Source: Octopus vulgaris
Lineage: Eukaryota
DNA length: 64,000 nt
NCBI GenBank assembly: GCA_951406725.2
Contig: OX597814.1
Span: 203,856,001 to 203,920,000, forward strand
Direction: 5' to 3'
Position 1 is the first letter of the stretch, and the number at the start of each line of letters is the position of its first letter. The translations under genes and the position numbers were made by a program. Below the pieces are notes generated by a model. It did not search any database and had not been told where the DNA came from. It saw nothing but the letters and a program-made list of their open reading frames with translations. Shown here one piece after another: positions 53,290-64,000 of this stretch.

Positions 53290-53922
53290 CTGTAAAAAAA
53301 CAAAAGAAATCAATTTAGGCCATTGATAGATATATACAATATTATGTATGATTCAGGAGCCATGAGAAGGAAACCAACTATGAGCACCATGTGAATTTTG
53401 TAAGACAAAACCTGTGAACTTCCAGAACTGATGCCATGAAAGATTAATTTATTTCAATTTATTTTCCCTTCCCTTACAGCATGACTGATTGAAACCAGTC
53501 ATCTGTTACAATAAAAATGTAAATAATATCTTCTTTTGTCTCTGATAAAGTTCTGAAAACATCATCTTTTTCACTTTTAATTATATATTTGAACAAATAT
53601 GGTAACAAAGGGGTAAATTTAATTCAGTATGTCCTATAGTTGCTAATGGGTAAGTAGGGTACTACAGAAGACTTTTGTAGCATTTAAAGAACAAGCTCCC
53701 TTTTAAGGATCTTCAAAATGAAGGAGGAAGGAAATGTTAATAATGAGAGGTCTTCAGCTAAAGACACTGATTAAATGCTAAATTTAATTAAATACAGCCG
53801 TATTGTGGGTCTTCAGAGACAGGGTTGACCAAATCTACCAAAAAAAAGAAACTCTCTCTCTCTCTCTACTTATCTATCCATCTATTTAGCTCACAGTTCA
53901 AAAGGCAAATGATTCTGTATGG

Positions 53923-53990
53923 CAGTGTTTCTCAACCTTTTTACCCTTGCGTAACCCTTAAAATTACATGTCTCAAGGAACCCCTGCACA
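53923..53990 (+). mobile_element. hAT (Charlie-like) transposon left-end remnant
   Basis: Begins cagtgtttctcaacc, a typical hAT-Charlie TIR, with an internal ggaacccc motif. No matching right TIR found. Confidence 0.45.
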
Positions 53991-56292
53991 AAAAAAATTA
54001 TATACCATATCTTTCTCATATTTTTTCATTGTAGTTCATGAAGTAAATATATATATATAGTGTACAAACTGCTAAGATTACATTATGATCTGTTGGAATA
54101 CTCCAATATTCTAACAGATCATAATGTAATCCTTTTATTGTCCTTTTTCATACCCTGATGATTTTTCACCCAAGGTATTTTTGAAATGCAAGCTTATATA
54201 TTTATGTTTCGTAGTTTAAATTGGATGCGAAATGAAGCAATTGTAGGTGAAGATGTTAATTAATGAATAAATTAATTTGTATCCATTGGATCTCTCCATT
54301 TTCAAACTTAATGATTACACACACACACACAACTCTCTCTCTCTCTTCCTACCAGTGCAGTATTGGTTTTCCTTAAGTGTGTGTGAGAGAGAGAGAGTGA
54401 TACACACCCGACAGACTTCTTTTAGTTTCCATCAACCAAATCCACAGATAAAGCTTTGGTTGATCTGGATCTATAAGCAGAAGGCACCACACAGGAGAAC
54501 TGAACCTGAAACCATGTGATTGGGAAGTGAACTTCTTAACCTCTTACAAACAGAACAAATATTTCACGGAAGCATTACATTTGGTGGCATAATTCAAATC
54601 TGTTATTTTATTTTATAGGGTGCAGGTGAAGAAACCTTGCCACTCTTGTTCCTTCTATACCAATTAGTGAAATTAGACAGGTGGTAAAGGTGTCCTCTTG
54701 AAGCTAAAGTGTTACTGTCCTCTTCCTGCCCCTAGTTACCATCATGGTTTCACTGTTGAAATGTTTGTCAATCTGTTGTAAGAAGTTTTATTAACTGCAC
54801 CTTGTACATACACTAGAAAACTTATGCAGCAATTAGAAGGCAGCAAGCTGACATGACTGTTAGCACGCGAGACAAAACAATTGGTGGCTTTTTCTTCCAG
54901 CTCTTTACATTCTAAGGTCAAATCTTACCTTTCATTCCTTCAGGGTCTATGAAATAAAGTGCTAGGCAAGTACTGATGTCAGTGTAATTGTTGCCCTTGG
55001 ACCCTGTTCAAGTTGAATGTTATGATCTTAGTTATTTATATGCCAATGGAAACTGGGTAACAAGACTTACGAGTCTCGGGATTCAAGAAAATAAACAAAA
55101 ACTAAACCTACAATTATTTGCAGATATGCATACCTGCAATAAACTCCCTTCAAATTGTATCTATTAATGTTGCTACTCCTGTTTTGATCAATTATATAAT
55201 TCAGATATCTTCTATGATAAAATTAGAAAAATTGATTATGCATAATTTTTTTAATATTTTGTTTTCTTTAATCATGCATATAACTTGCCTTACAAATATA
55301 TTTCAGATATAATGAAAAAGTTAATCTTTGCTGCAATAATTCTCACTTGCCTTCCCAAAGGAAAAGTGAACCTTTGCTGATAATTATAAGTGGAATAACA
55401 GAATTGCTTTGGTACAGTCTCAAAACCAATGAAATATTTAAGAGTTCACTAAGATCTAAATCAATGGAGAAAACTATTGAGAAATTAATATACAGGAATC
55501 CTTATAGGGAGAACAATTTAGTTCAATTAATAGTTAGCCTTAATACATTTTATGCCACACGGTATCTTAACTCTCTTATCTATTATATACGGAAGAAAGA
55601 AGAAAAATGTATGCATTTTCACATTTTCATATCTAACAAGTAGTAATTCTAAAGAATTACATCTCTTAATAAATATTCTAGCAACCAGCAAGTTTATCAA
55701 GGATTTCTAAGTATCTAAGAAATCTAAATTGAAGATTGTGTAGACTTGACAGTAATATGATTAAAGTAATGCAATACTGTATCACGACTGATAACTCTGC
55801 AACTATATACAAGCACACACATATCATTATAGTTATCTATTCCAAATATATCCTGTGAGGAGAATGAAAAACAATAAGATATATCACAAGGATTCAGCCT
55901 GGCTTATTTATAAATATGTATTTTAATAATCAAATTGTTTACCACACATTTATATATTTGAAGAAATTTAGGTGATAAATGATCAAAATTGCACAGTACA
56001 ATATTCTATAATCAGTATTGATTTTGTATCAAAAATAACCTTCTTTTCTTTTATACAATAGAAACACACACACACACATTTCTGTAAATTTGGACAAAAT
56101 TGTAAAGAACTAGCATCAGGAAGAATATTTTAAAATTTTCATATATTTATTTTTTCAGTTCCATCAAATAATTTGTGTATATAAAGCATAAGGAATGTTT
56201 ATGTATGGATATGCATCTAAACAAATGAAAAAATATATACACACCTTAAATCTAATTTCAAAACAAATTATACATATATAAACACAAACACA

Positions 56293-56294
56293 AA

Positions 56295-56333
<39 letters not shown>

Positions 56334-56335
56334 AT
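56293..56335 (+). repeat. (TAAA)n microsatellite
   Basis: Direct inspection. Many (TA)n, (CA)n and (CAT)n tracts occur elsewhere, e.g. 14632-14684, 31677-31731, 37159-37200 and 47277-47327. Confidence 0.95.
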
Positions 56336-56475
56336 ATGGACATTAATATTAGATATTAGAGTTTCATTAAATCAATTACTGTATATTTTCCATTATTTAA
56401 CTATCTCATTTTCAGTCGTCATAGGTGAAAAGTATGGGAAATACAAACCAGAGAGATAACTTTAATAAAACTTTT

Positions 56476-56518
<43 letters not shown>

Positions 56519-58408
56519 TACAGTATGTGCATATAACTCCAGGGATAAATGCATACAGGAATAAATATATACAAGCTCTGATGAGCTGTATATTAACATG
56601 AAGGATATTGAATTTACATCTGCACTCTTAAAAAATTTGGGTTATTTACATAGCGAGACAAACATTCAACATTCTCTTTGTTCGTTCATTTCTTGCATTC
56701 ATTTCTCTATACCAGCATGGGTTAGACGAACATATGAAGCTTTGTTTTACAGTCTATGACCCCACTTCTTATCCACTAACCCTTACCTGTTTTTCAAGCA
56801 ATGGCTCTCAGTCTAAATGTCTTTTGAAGATGCAAAGCCAGCAGATGATTTATTGACAGGAGAAATGATGTCACTGCTTGTTGCCCAGCAATCATCAGAA
56901 AAAAAAAAACAATAGACAACACACACGTGTGCATGTACACATGTGCATGCACATGCACACACACAGCAGGATTCTTTTCAGTTTTTCTCTACCAAATTCA
57001 CTCACAAAGCTTTAGTTGGCTCAGGGCTATAGTAGAAAAAAACTTCCCAAGGGTACCACAAAATGGGACTGAACCTGAAACCATGTGGTTGGGAAAAACA
57101 TTTCTTGACTGTACAACTATACCCGTATCTATGGGCTGATAAGAAAAGTGAGACAGGTTAACAATATTAACCTTTGCTAGTAATAGGTGTAATACACCAA
57201 TATATTCAAATACATATGAGAAATTTGATTACATTTTTGAAGATCTTGCCATCAGATTTCATTTGGCAAAACAAAAATGAAATGTATTTATTGAATTCAA
57301 AGTATTTATGATTCAAAGTTAAGTCAAAAATATAGCAAACCCACCTCAAATAAAAATTTAGCTGAAAGGGACGGGGGGGGGGGGACTTGAAAACTTTGAC
57401 TTTTTAAAACTTGGTTTAATAACTTGCCTAAAAGACTGATCAGGTATCACACTTGCTCCAAGATTTTCAGTTTAAAAATAAATAAAATATGTACTTTGTT
57501 GCTTATTTCTATAAATTTTCATTAAAAAAATCTTATGTAAAAATGTTGAGAAGCTTCAAAAATGACTAAGTTCATGAAATATCTTGAATTTTGATGAAAC
57601 TTGACATGATGGTCATTTGTGTTAAATTATACATCTAATTAAATACGCAAATTACTTAAATATTCAAATCTCAAATATGCAAATGTGGCAATAATTTTTA
57701 AAATTTCCAGTTGGGTTATAATTAAACCTATTAAATATTTTACTATTTTTGAGTAGAACTACATTTCTTCAACTGTCAATAATAGCACAGAAGACAGTAC
57801 TGCAACTAACTTTTTTCAGCCATCTCCTCACATACTGCTCTCGTTGTCCAGAAACTATGCATACACCAGTAAAACTATGAGCTTTGTAGATTCAAAACAG
57901 ATCCCCCCCTCCTCTCTCTCTCTTTTTTTTTTTGTTAAATTGATGAAAGCAAAAATGGAAATTAATATGCAAAATATGCTAGATGGTTCTATTGTTCAAA
58001 AAGTTGAAAGACAATGCAAATAAAGCTTACAATGGTCACATGTATAAAAACACATGCAGATTTCTTGAGAATATTTCATTTGCACGAGAAAGTCTTTTGA
58101 AAATGCTGGATAGTTGATCAGTGTGCATTTTATCCTTGGAAAATTGGAAGTTGTTTCTGAGCCTCATAAAAACTAACCAAAATTTATATTTATAAAAGAA
58201 AGAAAGAGAAACAGAAAAAATTTCTGCAGAAGTTTCCAGTTTCAAAATTGGCCACAATATTGACTCTTGTTAGCATATTTTTGTTGAAATCCACAGCCTT
58301 TTGTTCCAATCAAATGTGGAAATACTTAAGGATTTAATAGAATGACTTATTAAGCTGGTTTTAGGAACATGAATTAACATGGAATTTTAGCTAAAGGTTT
58401 TAGATTAG

Positions 58409-58634
58409 GGTGGCAAACTGGCAGAAATGTTAGCCGGGCAAAATGCTTAGCCGTATTTCGTCTGCTGTTACGTTCAGAGTTCAAATTCCACCGAGGTTGA
58501 CTTTGCCTTTCATCCTTTCAGGGTCAATAAATTAAGTACCAGTTATGCACTGGGGTCGATATAATCGACTTAATCCAATTGTCTGTCCTTGTTTGTCCCC
58601 TCTGTGTGTAGCCTCTTGTGGGCAGTAAAGAAAT
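58409..58634 (+). mobile_element. tRNA-derived SINE family B, full length with TSD
   Basis: ctggcagaaatgttagc...gagttcaaattcc...ctttgcctttcatcc...aaagaaat; TSD aggtttta(g/a)attag at 58395-58408 and 58635-58648. Other copies at about 30-250(-), 12588-12765(-), 26800-26990(-), 32112-32300(+), 33601-33695(+) and 54838-55000(+). Confidence 0.85.
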
Positions 58635-59599
58635 AGGTTTTAAATTAGATCACTTTAAAACGAAGTTTGCATCATACAAACTGGGTGGTGCAAGGTAGAT
58701 GGGTATTGAAAGGTTTAACGAACACAGAATCTACAAATAAGCAAAAAGAATAAATTTGTATCTGCATCGTTTGATCACAAATCACTTCTTTAATTTTCAA
58801 AAACAAAAAGAAAAGTCTATGTCCATACATGCATGGCAGGTTTCATGTGAAGATGTGCTACATAGGTTAGTAAGAAAGAGTTACATTTGATTAGGTTTTG
58901 TGAAAGATAAAAAAGAAATCTATGAAGAACTCATTATACTCTAAAAGATTGGACCGTGAACATTGAAAAAAAAAAATGTACAACCCGTTTCCATGGAAAT
59001 TACATTATATTTCTGTTGATAGACGTTAAAGAGAATCTGAGAGTCTGCAAACATGTCTCGGCTAAAGGAGAGCTTCGCTAATCAATGTAGAAATGAAGAG
59101 AAACTGACAAAAACACAAATCAGCATCAAAAGACAACTATGAGCTGATTGGTTATTTTCTCTGTTCAGAACATTAAAGATTGTGACACGTGTAGATTAAA
59201 CACTCACACTGGAGATCGACCTAAAGTTCTTTCATCCTCCTCATCTTTCTTTCTCTCTCTCTCTCTCTCTCTCTGATAGGTCTTCTTATCAATGTGATGA
59301 TAGTTATGGCTGAAGTAAATCTGAGCTATACAATGTTCTTAATATATATCTTATGACATGCCACATTGAAAGTACAGGATAAATGGGGTGGTCACTGGAT
59401 GATTCCAAACTTGAGTTGATTTAATTTTGATGCTCCCACTGCATTAAATATGTTAACTCTGAACGATTTAATAGACAGTCATTGAGCAGTGGGTGGAGGA
59501 GAAATAGATGTATTTAGTGATTGTGAGTGAGTATATTACATTATCAAGTTCAGCAGAATGTAGTAGACAAGGAACAGAGGAAACAATGATGGAGAGAGG

Positions 59600-60180
59600 C
59601 AACTACAGAAGCATCAGTCGAGGGACCAGGTTATGAAAGTTAGAGAGAGAGTTGATTAGGAACACAATTAGCAAAGACAAGATGCAGTTTGTGCTAATAA
59701 TACAACTACAAGAGCAGTTAGGAGTCTCTGTACCTAACATTTAAAGACTTGGAGAAGGTCTTTAACAGAGCCCCAATCTATGGCCTGATCATTGGCAAGG
59801 AAAGCAAGAATAGATGACTGTCTTGTAAGAGCCATACAAGCCCTGTGCAAAAGCTAGGACAGAGTTAGCAATGAATTCAGTATTGAGTTTAGAGTCAAAG
59901 TGTCAGTATTCAGTTCTCAGTCTCCTTTTGTTTAATATTGAGAGCTTAAGACTGGTCATCCTTGGAAACATTTGTACTTATTTAATTTAAAATTTAGAGA
60001 AAAAATTTCAGACCTGGAAAAAGAAAAACCCTAAAATTTAATGGCTTCAAAGTAAACAGAGCAAATACTGAAGATGACAGGACCCTATTACTATCCACTT
60101 TGTTATGCAGAGAAAAGATAGATAGAAATTCCATATGGTGTCCCCAAGTAAACTATGGACACATGAGAGCTGACAAAAGA
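59600..60180 (+). mobile_element. Heavily decayed RTE reverse transcriptase fragment
   Basis: Frameshifted peptides SLYLTFKDLEKVFNRAP, RIDDCLVRAIQAL, RVSNEFSIEFRVKV, SVLSLLLFNI and KTGHPWKHLY are colinear with the 34.5-kb fragment. Confidence 0.7.
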
Positions 60181-63100
60181 CTGATGGTGATTTTGTGGTT
60201 TTTAGAGAGTTGGTTCATGCATAAAAACTTTAGGTGACATTACCCAGAACATGTACATTTGTGATGGGTCATCCTTCAAGCATTTTCCATTACTAAAAGG
60301 AAAACCCAGCCTTCATTGTACATTGATTGCATTCCTGGTTACAATGTGAGGAATGTGATAGTTTTCATAGAAAACTATCAGTAACTGTAAAGAAAAAAAA
60401 AACTTCCATTTTGTAGTGACTGCAGTGAATTTTAGCAAAGTGTTGTGATGTATCAGAACTCTATAGATCTCTGCTATCATAACATAATTAGTAAGATATA
60501 AGCAAACAAACTATCACTTTGGATAACCCAAGTTCACATTTTTAGATGCAAAACTAAAAACCTATCATTTCTTGTTCAATGAAAGAATGTAAATAAAATA
60601 GGTTTTCAGAAAAAATTATTATTATTATCATCATTATTATTTACTTTAATCTCATAAAACATGTCAGAAGTCATACTTTTAGCAAAACCACATAACTTGT
60701 TATTAGCAATAATGTGTTGCCAAAGTCTGAATTACTTTACTGAATACAAATATTGATATCATTTTTCCCCAACTTTACTTCCTACAGAATCAGCAAGATT
60801 ACAATGTTTCATAGGGTTAGCCCTTAGTATTTGTTACTATGCCAACTAAATAGAAAAAAATACTTATATATATATATATATATATATACATATATTCACG
60901 TACACACACACACATATATATAACATACAAATGTACATATATATATATAACACATATAATACACATATATATAACACACATAATACACATATATACACAT
61001 ATCACACACACACATATATATTATATATATATATACACTATCACACACACACACACATCAAAATAAAAATAAAACTTTATTTGATTTTTAGTACACCTCA
61101 CAGAGGTAGCAAGAAGTCATTGGGAATTGTTCCAAAGAGAACCTATAAACGATATTTAAATGAACTACCGTTAAAAGATTTGCAGAAGGAAAGTCCAAAA
61201 CTGTAGCAAATTACACATGAGAGAGAGAACAATTTAAGTTGATAAATGCAAGTAATATTTTGTTTAGTGTAGCATTAAACCCACCATATTTACATTTCTG
61301 GCAACTACAAGAAATAGAATACAGGCAGAATATGGAGACAATTCAGAGCAGAGGGGTAGGGTAGAGAGATAGAGGATAGAGTACGATCAATTTTCACTTT
61401 GGGGGAAAAACAAAAAACAATGATCAATTTTGATGTTCAATATACAAAGCATTAGTGGTTATAAGTAAACCTATTTAACAGCAAACCATCTGAGACCAGC
61501 CATATGGAAGTATTCATCATAACATGGTTGATATGAGATTTCAATTGGTCAACTTCGGGCTGATGTGAGAGAATCTCTGTATGATCATTGAACTTGCTTA
61601 AAATAACAACCAAATCTCCATCAAATTACACCTTAACAACAACAACAAAAAAAGACAGAGGAAAGACATATTGAATAATGTGCTCTTTCATATATGATGC
61701 CCAAAAATAAGGCTGGACACTGGTCTGCTGGATCAGGACTGACCCGGAGCCAAGCAGCAACAACTACCACCACTAATAATAAAAAAAAAAAAATAACATA
61801 AGTTCTAAAACTTCTGATTATATTGAAGATTAATCAAAACTTCTTTTTTTCTGAAGACATTGGATTATATAGTCTATCTGAAAAGACAGGAGAGTCATGG
61901 CTGGAATATCTGAACCTTAAGTTAACTCATAGAACATTAAAGTTGGGATAAACAATAATTAAGTTAACATTCAGAGTATTTTAGCAAATCATACCAAAAC
62001 AAGTCTGAAGAGAATGCTTTCAAAAGAATTTGAAACTATTCCAGGAAAGCAAATGACAGTTGCTGCTGATAGGACTCTATAAGAGAGGTCCCTGAGGACT
62101 CTAGTCCTACAACTCCCATGAACAGTGGGTAGAGATAATGGATTTACAAGACATTATGGGAGAAAAAGACTATGATTTTACTACACCACATTGGGGCAGT
62201 AGAAGGTAGCTATGAAATATTCCAAAGAGAATCCATAAATGGTATTTAAAAGAATGGATTTTTAGAAGAAAGGTCCAAAACTGTAGTAATTTACATACAA
62301 GAAGTGAAACATCAACAAACTTCCGTTTAAAATTAGTTTCTAACATTAGCACAAGGTCACTGAGTGAAATCAGTCTCAATATTTGATTTGATCAATAAAC
62401 AAAATTTACCTCACTGGGATTTAAGGCTGACAAAATTTATCTCACTGGTATTTGAGCTCATAACATGAAAAGATGTAACTAAATGCTACAAGCCCTTACG
62501 GTTCCGTCAATCTACCATTCCACTTATAGATGCCTTTGATGAGAATCCAATAAGATTTGAGATCGATTAAGGTTGTTCATCAGATTTTCAGTCTATGGAG
62601 AAACAGCTAAATCAGTCTTGTTTATAAAGGTATTATAAAGGTTACATATAACAAAACCTTACACTGTTTGGTAAAACATGTCAGAATTGTTAAATCCCCA
62701 GAAATGTTGGTAGACGTGATAACTATTGTAAGGTGATAGTCAATGATATATATGTATAGTGACTATATAGGTGATAACAGAATAAGGGGTTATGTACATC
62801 AGTGCATTAATGTTAATACAGAAAAATAATGAATAAATTCACTAATATCAGTTAGGTGGGTATAATGAGAAAATATTCTTTTTGTCAATATAATTGACAA
62901 TGAAAATAGCTTAAAGATTTAGAGAGAAACAAAAGCTGGAAGAGGTAACCCCTATCAGAGGGTCTCAATCATTAAAGAGTCTAAAAAGCAAGGATTTGAA
63001 AGTTCGATCTTTCCTTAAAAAAACACATTTATATAAGAGTAAGAGGAATGAATTAGCATACTAATTGACATTGAAATAAAGCTAATTGGAATTGCTTGTA

Positions 63101-64000
63101 TTTTCTTCAGCAGTGGAGACAAAGTAGGTATTAAAAAGTAAGTGAGAATAAGAGAGAGGTGACAGCAAATTCGTAATTCATTGTAGATGTAAAGTTGTGC
63201 AACTGAACAATGTATTTCACTCTGTCTTAGGCAATGATAGTAACCCTTCTGTTACTATATTTCTATTGAAATACACTGTCTTTGTTTCAATTAATTTTGA
63301 ATATAATGAAGAATTAAGTGAAATAACCTTGCTTTATTAAGCTGGTGTTTGAAACACAACATGAAATTTTAAAGAAAAGTCATAATTCTGATCACTTTTA
63401 ACATAGAGAGTTTATATTGTAGAGCCAGAAACAGACGAAGGGTTAAAACATGGGCTGTAATGAGCCGCCAAGGGTGGCTCTACATGACTGTTCTATTACT
63501 AAGAATCATATACTATCATCTTTTTAAAAATAAAAAAAGAAAAATGACAAAGTTGTTTAGTTTATACTGGAGTATTACATTTTTTTTTTGTTTTTTTTTT
63601 TGTAAAAATATCTAAAAAAACAATGAGCTAAGAAGCAGAAGTTATAAAATTATGATTTATAAAAGTGTCAATAGAATTACTGATGAAAAGCATTTAATCT
63701 AGTGAAAATGTTAAATATTACCAAATAAAATTCACATTAAACTTTTAATGATTTTCAAATTTACATTTGATTAATCGTTAATAAGTTATTGATTAAAACT
63801 CTCTGGTTTAATTGGGTTTTTTTATGGCTTCACAGAGGATAAAGAATAGCATCCATTGACTTTCGGGGGCATCAAAGAATGGTGGACATGGAGAAGAAGC
63901 TATGGTTCATTGATTCTATAGCAGGAAGAAATACATTAGAACTGGAGAATAGATAAAAGAATAAAGGGTTACACTTGTCCTCATAGCTGGGGGGGGGGGT

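Noticed and set aside
53290-64000. Search for the upstream catulin exon (VLLLAD-type motif)
   Set aside because: Not seen on the minus strand; presumably outside the window.

Overview
AT-rich, microsatellite-dense eukaryotic DNA. The SINE families and simple-repeat landscape look like an octopus (coleoid cephalopod) genome; this is inference. The only host coding sequence I can support is four internal phase-0 exons of an alpha-catulin (CTNNAL1-like) gene on the minus strand: 53170-53289, 30500-30589, 28940-29149 and 5805-6008, together 208 codons, separated by introns of about 22.6, 1.35 and 22.9 kb. The gene's start and end lie outside the window. The rest is intron filled with tRNA-derived and RTE-related SINEs, TTAA-specific piggyBac-like MITEs, and fossil LINEs (RTE, R4/Dong-like, CR1-like). 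The most notable signal is a set of Penelope-like retroelement remnants carrying hammerhead-ribozyme folds. One has a GIY-YIG remnant and an inverted terminal repeat, one has an intact core on the host-sense strand between a 13-bp TSD, and two sit in the (TA)n tract of SINEs. Also present are nested insertions with readable TSDs, a 25-bp hairpin and local templated duplications. No prokaryotic-type system, CRISPR array, rRNA or true tRNA gene is evident. Repeat boundaries are approximate unless a TSD is quoted.
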